From contig JBLNCQ010000070.1 in assembly GCA_050260815.1 (NCBI GenBank), forward strand, positions 10,518 through 74,517: 64,000 nt of DNA. The letters are read 5' to 3'. The position numbers and the translations under genes are program-made. Positions within the stretch are counted from its first letter, which is position 1; every line of letters begins with the position of its first letter. Below are positions 20,833 through 29,432 of this stretch, piece after piece. The notes beneath the pieces were generated by a model. It was given only the letters and a program-made list of their open reading frames with translations, searched no databases and was not told the origin of the DNA. The stretch is from Bacillota bacterium. GTDB taxonomy: Bacteria > Bacillota > Sulfobacillia > JAMDAP01.

Positions 20833-21151
20833 CCTCCGTCACGCCCTCCTTACGGAGTAGGGCTTCCAGGTCACCAACCTCAGGCTCCCTGCGGCGGGCC
20901 TTAACCAATCCGTCGATCGCCAGGGTCTCCACCAGTTCCTCGAGCTCAAGCAGTCGCTCGTAGTCCTCGATGCCAACGAGGACCGCTTCGATCTCATTGT
21001 TGCGCGTCACGAAGAGGCGCTCTTGGCCTCGATGGCTGCGGTCAAGGTACTCGGCAAACCGACGGCCCATGTCCGTGCTGGAGATCATCTGGCTGCGGCT
21101 CAGTTTCAGAGTGGCCACGGCGAAGCCCCCCTCAGTTGCGGCACTCATCAT
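20804..21151 (-). CDS. type II antitoxin, Phd/YefM family
   Basis: About 115 aa. RFAEYLDRSHRGQERLFVTRNNEIEAVLVGIEDYERLLELEE is the Phd/YefM fold signature. Start taken at the internal Met, which has a GGTGGGG RBS. Confidence 0.65.
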   Translation of the reverse strand: MMSAATEGGFAVATLKLSRSQMISSTDMGRRFAEYLDRSHRGQERLFVTRNNEIEAVLVGIEDYERLLELEELVETLAIDGLVKARRREPEVGDLEALLRKEGVTEDELRRVDPD

Positions 21152-21189
21152 GGCATCCCCACCCATCTTTTCTCGATTCCCTGGCCATC

Positions 21190-21245
21190 ATGTTGGGATG
21201 CCTCTGGTGCGCGGCCTTGTTACGGATTATTATACGTAAAATTCG
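21190..21245 (-). promoter_or_regulatory. AT-rich promoter/operator candidate for the Phd-RelE operon
   Basis: The minus strand reads gattgtacggcgaattttacgtataataatccgtaa. It has a TATAAT -10 box embedded in the palindrome TTACG-N10-CGTAA/TACGTA, a typical autoregulated TA operator layout. Confidence 0.3.
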
Positions 21246-21336
21246 CCGTACAATCAAGCGCCGACTATCGGGGAGGCGCCGACCGCAAGCGCCCTCCTCT
21301 GCTGAATCCGAAGTCATTCTCACGAACACGTGAAAT

Positions 21337-21362
21337 GGGAGAGGGGCCTTTAGCCCCTCCCC
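21337..21362 (-). terminator. putative terminator of the sgc-like PTS operon
   Basis: Hairpin gaggggc cttta gcccctc, followed on the minus strand by TCCCATTTCACGTGTTCG. It lies about 75 nt after the EIIA stop. Confidence 0.35.
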
Positions 21363-21435
21363 CGTCTGTTCGGTGATGCCACAGGCCCCCTGTCCAGTGC
21401 TGCGCAGGCAGCCCCACAGCAACGTGCTGACGGCA

Positions 21436-21984
21436 CTACGGCGTTGGACCCGGGCCCAACCGATGCTGGATCAGCTGATATGCCTGGCCGCCCGATGATG
21501 CAGCCACCAGCCCCTCCAGGAATGCCACATCCTGCACCAACTCGACGACCTGACTCAGCATCTCGGCCTGCTTGTCCTGCTGCTGGATGGCTAGAAGGAA
21601 GATGACCTGTACGTCCACCGTGTTGGACGGATCGCCCATCACGTGGAAGGTGACGGGCCGATGCAGGATGCCCACCGCTACGGCCGACTCGTTCACCCAC
21701 TGGGCGTCGGTGTGGGGAAGGGCCACCTTGACGCCCGGCGTCGGCAGCCCGGTCGGAAACTCACGCTCCCGCTCCAGGACGCGGATGCCAAAGTCCGGGT
21801 GCACGGCGCCGTTCGCCAGAAGAGCATCCGCCAGCACTCGAACGGCGGACTCGCGGTCCGCTGCGGAATCCATGACCCGGAGGTACTCCGGCCGAATCAG
21901 GTCCGCCAGGCGTAGAGGCAGCGATGAAGCGCGCGGTTCCTGCCGCACCCCGCCCGATTCCCGCAGTTCAGTCACCCGCTCCAC
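21436..21984 (-). CDS. PTS EIIA component (PTS_EIIA_2 family, SgcA-like)
   Basis: LADLIRPEYLRVMDSAADRESAVRVLADAL...GVKVALPHTD is the mannitol/fructose-type EIIA fold. Confidence 0.75.
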   Translation of the reverse strand: MERVTELRESGGVRQEPRASSLPLRLADLIRPEYLRVMDSAADRESAVRVLADALLANGAVHPDFGIRVLEREREFPTGLPTPGVKVALPHTDAQWVNESAVAVGILHRPVTFHVMGDPSNTVDVQVIFLLAIQQQDKQAEMLSQVVELVQDVAFLEGLVAASSGGQAYQLIQHRLGPGPTP

Positions 21985-22624
21985 CCCCGCTCAGGTCCGC
22001 CACGGCAGATGCAAGGTCGGCGGCCCCGAACAAGGCCCGGCCCACCACCAGCAGCGAAACGCCGACGGCACGCAGTCGCGCGGCTTCCACCGGGCCAATC
22101 CCCCCGTCCACGCCAATGGCCGCGCCGGGGCCCAATAGCTCCCGCGCCTCTAGAACCCGGTCGTAGGTAATTGGCATGAACGCCTCACCCGCCCCGTCCG
22201 GCTCGGAACTGAGAAGCAGCACTCCGTCCAACAAGTCGCGGTATGGGGTCAGCACCGAGACGGGCGTGCGGGGGTTAAGGGCTATCCAGGCTCCGGCCCC
22301 CAGCCTGCGCATGCGGTGCAGGACGCGACGAGGGTAGGGGCACGCCTCCCAATGCACCGCCAGCGTGTCGGACAGGGCGGCAAAGGAGTCCAGATATGGC
22401 TCCGGGTCGGCCACCATCAGGTGGACGTCCACGGGCAGCGTGGTCAGGCGCCGCACCGCCCTCAGCACGGGGAAGCCAAAGGTGAAGTTCGGGACAAAAG
22501 TGCCGTCCTCCACATCAAAGTGGACTCTCGGTACGCCGGCCGCTTCCAGGCGTTTCAGTTCCTCGGCCAGCCGCCCAAGATCAGCCGAGACCAGCGAGGC
22601 CGAGAGGGCGCACGTCATGGTCAT
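21968..22624 (-). CDS. ribulose-phosphate 3-epimerase family protein (SgcE/AlsE-like)
   Basis: 218 aa; HFDVEDGTFVPNFTFG...VDVHLMV...WIALNP...GVDGGI is the Rpe TIM-barrel signature. Confidence 0.8.
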   Translation of the reverse strand: MTMTCALSASLVSADLGRLAEELKRLEAAGVPRVHFDVEDGTFVPNFTFGFPVLRAVRRLTTLPVDVHLMVADPEPYLDSFAALSDTLAVHWEACPYPRRVLHRMRRLGAGAWIALNPRTPVSVLTPYRDLLDGVLLLSSEPDGAGEAFMPITYDRVLEARELLGPGAAIGVDGGIGPVEAARLRAVGVSLLVVGRALFGAADLASAVADLSGGGAGD

Positions 22625-22717
22625 GCCTCCTTGTACACTGGCGGCAGACAGCCGCCAAACGGGGAGAGGCCCCGCCCCTGCGGGAAGGGGCGAGGCCTCG
22701 CCGCAAGGCCACCCGGC

Positions 22718-23968
22718 TTAGAACAGGCTGGAGATCTTGACCAGCAGCCAGGCGATGGGGTTGCCAAAGTTGGTGATGGTGGTGGCGCCTTCGGGGAAGG
22801 CGAAGCCGGCGCTGGCCGCGGCCTTGGTCACCAGCGGCGCCCAGTCGGAGCCCATGTAGGTGATGACGACCATGAGCAGAGTGCCGACGATGATGTTCTT
22901 GACCATATTGCCTTTGGTGAAGGGCGTGATCATGACGGCGAAGAACGTGGTGCCCGCCAGATCGCCGAAGGGCAGCAGCCGGTTGCCGGGCAGGATGACG
23001 GCCAGCAGCAGGGTGATGGGCACCAGCAGCAGGCCGGTGGCCAGAGTGGCGGGGTGGCCGATCAGCAGGGCGGAGTCCATGCCGATGTAGACCTCGCGGC
23101 CCTTGCTGTAGCGCTGCAGGAAGGTCTTGGCGTCTTCCGCCAGTGGGGCCAGGCCTTCCATCAAGATGCCGACCACGCGCGGCATCAGCAGGAAGACGGC
23201 GCCCATGGACACACCCAACTGAAGGATCTTCTGCAGGTTGAAGCCGGCGGCGATGCCGATGATGATGCCCAGCACCACGCCGATCACAGTGGGCTGGCCC
23301 AGAACGCCAAACCGCTTGGAGATCGACTCTGGATCGGCCTGTAGTTTGTTGATGCCGGGGATGCGGTCAACCAGCCAGACCAGGGGGTAAACAATCGGCA
23401 CGGAGGCCATGGCCCAGCCCTGGGAGATGGACAAGCCGGGGAAGCCAAAGGTCTCCTGAATCCGTGGCGCCGTCCAGTCCGCCATCTTCAGCGTGTAGCC
23501 GGCGTGCAGCACGGAGGCGATGACGCCAAACGTCAGACTGCCGGTGGCGAAGTAGACCAGTGAGCCGGACATGGCCCAGTGCCAGTAGTTCCAGATGTCG
23601 ATGTCCAGGGTGCGGGTGAAACGGAGCAGGAGGAGCACCAGGTTGGTGACAATCCCGATGATGAAGATCAGCGCGCCAATCTGTGTGCCAAAGGCAATGG
23701 CGGCTCCGGCGGGCCATCCCACGTCAAGGGCCGTCAGATTGAGGCCCAGGCGCTTGACCATGGCGTCGGCCGCGGGGGCCATGTACTGAAAGAAGAGGCC
23801 GATGACCAGGTTGATACCCACAAAGCCGAAGCCGACCGTCAGACCGGATTTGAGCGCCTTGCCGAAGGACTGCCTGAAGACCAAACCCAGGATGGTGATG
23901 ATGACCGGCATCATAACGGTTGGGCCCATGTCCACCAGGAACTGGATTCCCTTACTTATTGCCTGCAC
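22718..23968 (-). CDS. PTS EIIC, galactitol family (GatC/SgcC-like)
   Basis: 416 aa. FLVDMGPTVMMPVIITILG...GLTVGFGFVGINLVIGL...LDVGWPAGAAIAFGTQI...DIDIWNYWHW closely matches the GatC family. Confidence 0.85.
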   Translation of the reverse strand: MQAISKGIQFLVDMGPTVMMPVIITILGLVFRQSFGKALKSGLTVGFGFVGINLVIGLFFQYMAPAADAMVKRLGLNLTALDVGWPAGAAIAFGTQIGALIFIIGIVTNLVLLLLRFTRTLDIDIWNYWHWAMSGSLVYFATGSLTFGVIASVLHAGYTLKMADWTAPRIQETFGFPGLSISQGWAMASVPIVYPLVWLVDRIPGINKLQADPESISKRFGVLGQPTVIGVVLGIIIGIAAGFNLQKILQLGVSMGAVFLLMPRVVGILMEGLAPLAEDAKTFLQRYSKGREVYIGMDSALLIGHPATLATGLLLVPITLLLAVILPGNRLLPFGDLAGTTFFAVMITPFTKGNMVKNIIVGTLLMVVITYMGSDWAPLVTKAAASAGFAFPEGATTITNFGNPIAWLLVKISSLF

Positions 23969-24013
23969 GTGATACCCTCCTCTGTAGGGTCATGCGGGCC
24001 GCCGGCCGCTCCG

Positions 24014-24301
24014 TCAGGAGGTTGATTGCAGCTTGGCCAGGATCTCCGCGTCCAGTCGGTCTGCCCCCACACCTGTGATGTAGGGGAGGGCGGAAACAAC
24101 CGGTACGCTCAGATCCCGCGGAGTGGCCGTGGTTGAAACAACAAGGTCAATCCCGGCGATCCTGCTGCGCAGCTCGGCGGCGCTGATCTGAGCGATCTCG
24201 TGCTCAATGCCGTGCTTGCTCAGCAGGTCCCGCACCTTTCCGGCCACCACGGTCGAGGTGGCAATGCCGCTGCCGCAGACAATCAGAATCCGCTTCTTCA
24301 C
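24014..24301 (-). CDS. PTS EIIB, galactitol family (GatB/SgcB-like)
   Basis: 95 aa; MKKRILIVCGSGIATSTVVAGKV. The cysteine at the start of the first strand is the EIIB phospho-cysteine site. Confidence 0.8.
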   Translation of the reverse strand: MKKRILIVCGSGIATSTVVAGKVRDLLSKHGIEHEIAQISAAELRSRIAGIDLVVSTTATPRDLSVPVVSALPYITGVGADRLDAEILAKLQSTS

Positions 24302-24368
24302 GCTCCGTCCCCTGCCTTTCTTCCTATACTCATCCCCCCGTCCCGCAGGTCCCGCCCCTCACCTCCGG

Positions 24369-25490
24369 CTAGCCGCGTGAGAAGTCGGGCACCTGCTCTA
24401 GCCCCAGAAGATACTCGGCCACCAGGGTGGCCGCCGCCTCGGCGTCCGCGATGGCCGCCGTCTCCACGGGCGTGTGTGTGTACCGGCAGGGGAATCCCAC
24501 GTCGACCGCGGGGATGCCCCGACGTACCAACTGCATGAAAGACGAGTCGCCCAGGCCGCCAAAGAAGACGTTGCGCTGGACCGGCATGACCAGCCGGCGA
24601 GCCGTGTCCTCGATGCCCTGCCGCAGCTTGGGGTTGGGAATCAGGCCGCCCAGGGTGCCGCGGCCATGAAAGCTGTAGTAGCCGATAACCGGGCCCCTGC
24701 CCAAAGCCAGGTCCGCCCGCGCCGCCAGGTCCGGAGTGTCGTGCGCCACCGCCACGTCCAGGCAGATACCCAGTGTGGGCTCCAGCGCGTACGCCGCCGG
24801 CAGCACTCCGCGGATGTTGAACTCTTCCTGTACGGTGGCCACCAGGGCGACGTCCAGGGCAGGACGATCGGCGTGCAGCCGCTCCGCCAGGGCCAGAAGA
24901 GCGGCACATCCCAGCCGGTCGTCCAGGGCCTTGCCTGTCACAAGTCCGCCTGGCATCGTGCGAAGAGCGATGTCATAGGTGATGGGCGTGCCCACATGGA
25001 CGCCGAGCGCCTCCACCTCGTCGACGCTGCCGGCACCGATGTCGATGTAGCAGTCATCCACCGGGACCACCTTGTATTTCTCGTCCGCCGTGGTGACGTG
25101 ATGTGACTTCACCCCAATGACGCCGTACACCAGGCCGGCGTCGCCGGTAAGCACCACACGCTGGCCCTGCAGCACGCGCTCCGGGATTCCGCCCACGCGA
25201 ACCACACGCAGGTACCCGGTAGCCTCCACCTTGCGGACGATCAGGCCCAACTCGTCCATATGGGCAAAGACCATGGCCGGCCCGCTGGTTACGCCGCCGG
25301 CGCTCACACCGCCGCTTCCGCCGCTGCCACTGCGGCCGCGGATCCGACAGATGACGTTGCCCAGCGCGTCAACCTCCATGTCGTCCACAAAGGGGGCAAA
25401 GTGCTCCTTCATGTAGGCGATCATGGGCTCTTCGTGGCCCGACAGCGCCGTGATGGCGCTCAACTCACCCAGGGTTTCCAGCCAGTTCAT
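24369..25490 (-). CDS. M42 family metallo-aminopeptidase (FrvX/SgcX/CelM-like)
   Basis: 373 aa; ALSGHEEPMIAYMKEHF...VFAHMDELGLIV...VKSHHV; peptidase M42 family. Confidence 0.8.
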   Translation of the reverse strand: MNWLETLGELSAITALSGHEEPMIAYMKEHFAPFVDDMEVDALGNVICRIRGRSGSGGSGGVSAGGVTSGPAMVFAHMDELGLIVRKVEATGYLRVVRVGGIPERVLQGQRVVLTGDAGLVYGVIGVKSHHVTTADEKYKVVPVDDCYIDIGAGSVDEVEALGVHVGTPITYDIALRTMPGGLVTGKALDDRLGCAALLALAERLHADRPALDVALVATVQEEFNIRGVLPAAYALEPTLGICLDVAVAHDTPDLAARADLALGRGPVIGYYSFHGRGTLGGLIPNPKLRQGIEDTARRLVMPVQRNVFFGGLGDSSFMQLVRRGIPAVDVGFPCRYTHTPVETAAIADAEAAATLVAEYLLGLEQVPDFSRG

Positions 25491-26302
25491 GCCGCGTCCC
25501 CCCTGACGGACCTGACGGCCGCCATGAAGCGCTTCACGCGCTCCGGATCGACACGGTTCCAGGTGATCCCACCCTCCTTGAGGTGGGTGCCCACAATGGC
25601 CCCGTCCGCGTACCGGAGCTTCTCCTGCACGTTGTCCGCCGTAACGCCGGTGTTGGCAAACACCGGAACGTCCTTGACCGACCGCTTGGCCGCCATGATG
25701 CTCTCCGTGTCCACTTCCGAACCGGTCATCATGCCGGACACACAGAGTCCGTCCGCCAGCGAGCTGAACACCGCCGTCTGCGCCACCTGCTGCAGGCTCC
25801 GGGCCGCCAGCGGCGCCGCAAACTCGGCGTTGATGTTGTAAAGCAGCTTGACGTTTTCGGCCCCTATCTGGCGGCGGAAGCGCAGGGCTTCACCCGCGTT
25901 GGTGTTCCAGATGCCAATGTCGCCCGCATAGGCGCCCGTGAAGACCTCACGGACAAACACGCCGCCGGTGGCATGGGCAATGGCGATGGCGGCCACGGGG
26001 TCCCACAGGACATCTACGCCGAAGGGCACGCTTAATTCCGGCCGGACCTCGGTGATGACGCGAGTCATGGTGGCCGCGGTCTCCGGCCCCACTTTCAACG
26101 AATACGGCCGGTCGTTCTCGTTGCAGAACATGATGGCGTCAATGCCGCCGGACTGCAGGGCCGCCACGTCATCCCGGATGCGCTGAATGATCCCCTGAAC
26201 GCCCCGCGCCTCGTCATACAGCGGCGTCCCGGGAAGCGGCGGCAGATGAGCCATGCCGATGACCACTTTGTCCTTGCCGAAGACGTCCCTCAGCCAGGTC
26301 AA
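25487..26302 (-). CDS. BtpA/SgcQ family TIM-barrel protein
   Basis: 271 aa; KVVIGMAHLPPLPGTPLYD...GIDAIMFCNENDRPY is the BtpA family. It overlaps the downstream gene by 4 nt (coupled). Confidence 0.8.
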   Translation of the reverse strand: MTWLRDVFGKDKVVIGMAHLPPLPGTPLYDEARGVQGIIQRIRDDVAALQSGGIDAIMFCNENDRPYSLKVGPETAATMTRVITEVRPELSVPFGVDVLWDPVAAIAIAHATGGVFVREVFTGAYAGDIGIWNTNAGEALRFRRQIGAENVKLLYNINAEFAAPLAARSLQQVAQTAVFSSLADGLCVSGMMTGSEVDTESIMAAKRSVKDVPVFANTGVTADNVQEKLRYADGAIVGTHLKEGGITWNRVDPERVKRFMAAVRSVRGDAA

Positions 26303-26394
26303 TGGAAAAGCCCCCTTCTTGGTGTGCTCTCCGGGGCGGCGCCGCGGGCTTCTCGTCCCTCCGCCACCGCCATCAACGCTTGATCAGAATTGCC

Positions 26395-27156
26395 TTATGC
26401 CAGAATGAGCTTCACGCCCCGCTCCTCGATGCGGGCCGCCAGGTCTGCGGGCAAGCCGGTATCCGTCACGATGACGTCCACTTTCTCCAGAGGGCAGACC
26501 GTGGCGAAAACCCGCTGCTGGAACTTGTGGCTGGCCGCCACCAGGACCACCTGGGAGGCGGCCTCAATCATGGCCTGCTTGACGGCGACCTCGTGCAGCG
26601 TGCGGTTGGTGACGCCGTCCTCAAGGGAGATCGCATCGGCCCCCAGGAAAACGCGGTGCACGTGCACGGAGCGAAGCATTGCCTCCGTCCGCGGTCCGAC
26701 CAGCGTGTACACCGACTCCAGCAGCATGCCGCCGGTGTCAATGACGGTCATGCCCCCGCGCCGGGCCAACTCACCCAGGACCTCCAGGTCATTGCTGACC
26801 ACGGTCAGCCGCGTGTTTTCCTTAAGGTGGCGCGCGACCTCCAGGGTGGTCGAGCCGGCGTCCAGAATCAGGGTCTCACCCACCCCCACCAGCTCGGCCG
26901 CCTTCCTGCCGATGCGCCGCTTCTCTTCCAGGTGCTCCGCCCGCTTGCGGCGGTAGGGGATCTCCGTGGCTCCGTTGATTTCGGGCGAATACGCCCCGCC
27001 GTGGACCCGCACCAGCATGCCGTCCCGCTCCAGGGCCGCCAGGTCCCTGCGGACGGTCATGGGCGAGACCTCCATCTTCTCGCTGAGTTCCTTAACGGTG
27101 ACGACTCCGGACCGGATAAGCTCTAGAATATGGCGTTGACGCTCCTGAGCCAGCAA
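26395..27156 (-). CDS. DeoR family transcriptional regulator (SgcR-like), likely operon repressor
   Basis: 253 aa; N-terminal HTH ERQRHILELIRSGVVTVKELSEKMEVSPMTVRRDLAALE, plus a C-terminal sugar-phosphate-binding DeoR_C domain. Confidence 0.85.
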   Translation of the reverse strand: MLAQERQRHILELIRSGVVTVKELSEKMEVSPMTVRRDLAALERDGMLVRVHGGAYSPEINGATEIPYRRKRAEHLEEKRRIGRKAAELVGVGETLILDAGSTTLEVARHLKENTRLTVVSNDLEVLGELARRGGMTVIDTGGMLLESVYTLVGPRTEAMLRSVHVHRVFLGADAISLEDGVTNRTLHEVAVKQAMIEAASQVVLVAASHKFQQRVFATVCPLEKVDVIVTDTGLPADLAARIEERGVKLILA

Positions 27157-27197
27157 TAGCCTTCCTCCCGATAGGAGTTCAATAGCTTCAGTGGTGT

Positions 27198-27277
27198 GAT
27201 TGTATGTTCGTTCTTGATTGTACGTGTTCGACTCTGTTCTTAGAACTCCTTCTGAGCGGCCAGAGTTTTCTTAGAAC
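27198..27277. promoter_or_regulatory. candidate DeoR operator region: two copies of the 11-bp palindrome (G)TTCTTAGAAC, plus a direct repeat GATTGTAYGT(G)TTCG
   Basis: The palindromes are at 27236-27246 (GTTCTTAGAAC) and 27267-27277 (tTTCTTAGAAC), 31 bp apart and just upstream of the regulator start at 27156. Direct repeats are at 27198-27210 and 27216-27230. Confidence 0.35.
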
Positions 27278-27369
27278 CTTCCGTACGCCAACCTGCTGGC
27301 CGGGGCCCCGCCGTCGCTCGGGCTTCCGGCATTCCTCCGCTGTGCGGCCGCCCCGGTGACACGAGCCGG

Positions 27370-27404
27370 CCTTGAAAACACGAGACCCCGCCGTTTGGCG
27401 GGGT
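27370..27404 (-). terminator. intrinsic terminator after the small gene pair
   Basis: Stem ACCCCGCC/GGCGGGGT with loop GTTT, followed on the minus strand by CUCGUGUUUUCAAGG. It lies 75 nt after the stop at 27479. Confidence 0.5.
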
Positions 27405-27478
27405 TGTTGCCACGTGAGGTCCCGATGACAGCCGTTTCTACCCTCCAGCCGGTGCCTCTGGCACGCGGAAACGGCCCT

Positions 27479-27739
27479 TCATCGACTGCTCAGGAGTCTC
27501 TCGAACCACTCAATTACTGACGCTGCATAGGCCCTGCGCAGCCGCGCAGGCTCCTGCCGCGCCTGACGTACGGCCGCCTTTGTGAGTACGTCGGGGTGGA
27601 GGTCCTTGCCGCCAAATGTCTGAGCGGGGGCGCCCCATGCGGAACGAAGACCAGAGGGGCTTGCGATCTCCCTCTGGTCTTCGGCCTCCTCAGCCATTTC
27701 ACTAAAGTGCCGGTCCACAATCACGAAGTGGACCGCCAA
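27479..27739 (-). CDS. hypothetical small protein (86 aa)
   Basis: An ORF only; moderate GC. It lies 35 nt downstream of the previous small ORF in a different frame, so it could be the distal half of a frameshifted gene. Confidence 0.3.
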   Translation of the reverse strand: MAVHFVIVDRHFSEMAEEAEDQREIASPSGLRSAWGAPAQTFGGKDLHPDVLTKAAVRQARQEPARLRRAYAASVIEWFERLLSSR

Positions 27740-27774
27740 GATATCCTCGACGCTCAGGTAACGAACGCGGTTGG

Positions 27775-28059
27775 CTATCGCTTCGACAGCTCCTTCAGCA
27801 CGATCCTGTACTTCTCGGCCGTCCTGACAACACGTTCAACGAACTGGGGGGCAACCTTCTTGTTCCAGTCCTTGTCAAGTCCAAGCTCCTTGAGCTGGTG
27901 AGGCGGGAGGTTGACTCCCCGCAACTTCTGGATCATCTCGGTCACGAGGTTCTCCTCCTTCCCGGTCGCTCGTCCGGATGGTGACGGCTTGTGTCCCCAC
28001 TTGTCCCCATCCTTGTCCACAGTATAGCCCCCTTTTGCTACCGTTGCCAATACCAACAT
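27775..28059 (-). CDS. hypothetical small protein (94 aa) with a KGG-type motif near the N-terminus
   Basis: The N-terminus VAKGGYTVDKDGDKWGHK carries a KGG-type motif, as in KGG-repeat stress proteins. A helical C-terminal part (MIQKLRGVNLPPHQLKELGLDKDWNKKVAPQFVERVVRTAEKYRIVLKELSKR) looks protein-like. There is a terminator downstream. Confidence 0.45.
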   Translation of the reverse strand: MLVLATVAKGGYTVDKDGDKWGHKPSPSGRATGKEENLVTEMIQKLRGVNLPPHQLKELGLDKDWNKKVAPQFVERVVRTAEKYRIVLKELSKR

Positions 28060-28567
28060 ATGTAGCTGGGTCGCTACCAGCGTCTATATCTTGTGGTCTA
28101 CGGGGCCACGGCATGGCAGGCCAGTATGGGGTCCTACACGTGCCGCCAGCAATCCCTATGATTCCCATGACGGCCTCATTCCAGGCAGCAAAGAGCGGCC
28201 TACCGAAGACATCGGCAGGCCGCTGAACGCATGAAGCACAACGAGGCCGAGTGGCCTCCCCGTTCCATCTGGCGCTACTTGTCATGCAGGACGCCGCGCG
28301 AACTGCGGCGATGGCCCAGGCCGTTTGAGTCAAACGGCCTGGGCCTCTGGCATGTCTTTCACCCTTCCTCAATGCGACGAACCCCTCACGTTTGGACCCC
28401 CTGGGGCACGGGCATTTCCGTCCAGGGCGGTGGGAGCCTCGGCGACCTCCAAGCTGCGCCGCGCCTGCATCTCAACGAGAATGCGAGGTACACCCCGTAC
28501 CGTCGAGGGGCTGAGGGGCTGCCGCCCTGGCCCGGCCGCCGCTCCCGCGCCGCAGGCGCCCAGACGC

Positions 28568-29299
28568 CTACCCCATCCGGCTGAGCCCAATCGCCACCAT
28601 GCCCATGGTGATGCCGTACTTCACCAGCCACACGGGCACGTTGATCCAGGCGGACTTCTTCACGGAATACTGCATGATCAGGGCGTAGCCAAGGATCAGC
28701 AGCACCAGCGACCAGATGCTGAACGGGTCAAAAGCGGAGAGCACGTACCAGAGCCCGCTGCCCACCGACTCACTGGGGAGAAACGCAGCCAGACTGGTGC
28801 TGATGCGCCCAACATTGGCCGCCGGCGTGAGCATCGTCATGGCCGCGTTGATGAGCGTGGCAAAGATGGACGAGGGTACGGAGGAATAAAGCGTGACGGA
28901 CCAGATCTGCATAAACGAGCCCTCGCCGCCGAACATGGTGCCGATGAGCGCCAGCACCCCCGCCAGAATCAGGGTGCCGACGGCGATGGTCAGCAAGGAG
29001 CTGAAGGGTACCGACACGTAGGCAATGGTGGTAACGGTCCGTCGCATGGCCTCAATGTCGACCCCGGGAGACTGGGCCTGGGCCGCAGCCAGGCCGGCCT
29101 CGATGCCCTTGGGCACGGCCGCCAGACCGACGATGGTGGTCAGCAGCCAGAAGGCCAGCAGTGGCTGCCACCACAGCGGCTTGGCTCGCAGGGCCTCAAA
29201 TGTGGCTCGCGGCTCCGTCATGACCGACAGGAGCATGGCCCAGGGGCTGCGACGCGGACCGGGAGCGGGACCGGTGGCTACGGGAGTGGCGCTGGACAC
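28568..29299 (-). CDS. Yip1-domain membrane protein
   Basis: 243 aa, 5 TM, with the Yip1-like topology and composition. A second copy is at 50767..51519. Confidence 0.65.
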   Translation of the reverse strand: MSSATPVATGPAPGPRRSPWAMLLSVMTEPRATFEALRAKPLWWQPLLAFWLLTTIVGLAAVPKGIEAGLAAAQAQSPGVDIEAMRRTVTTIAYVSVPFSSLLTIAVGTLILAGVLALIGTMFGGEGSFMQIWSVTLYSSVPSSIFATLINAAMTMLTPAANVGRISTSLAAFLPSESVGSGLWYVLSAFDPFSIWSLVLLILGYALIMQYSVKKSAWINVPVWLVKYGITMGMVAIGLSRMG

Positions 29300-29432
29300 G
29301 GTGCATTCTCCTCTCTGCCAGTAGACAGGCAGGTATCAGGCCAACCGCCGGCAGGCCGGTGGCAAACCGACGGCGGGTATGGCCAGTCTGAGGCGCGCGG
29401 GGCGGGTGAAAACCCGGGGGCCCCAACGCCCA

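Noticed and set aside
22316-23344. 342-aa plus-strand ORF
   Set aside because: Antisense to the GatC-type EIIC gene; Q/G/D/R-rich low-complexity translation.
28010-28040. Three TTGTCCCC direct repeats that looked like transcription-factor sites upstream of a -10-like TATAGC
   Set aside because: On the minus strand they encode DKDGDKWGH inside the 27775-28059 ORF, so they are coding repeats rather than a promoter. The similar repeats at 48006-48062 are kept as a finding because no convincing ORF covers them.
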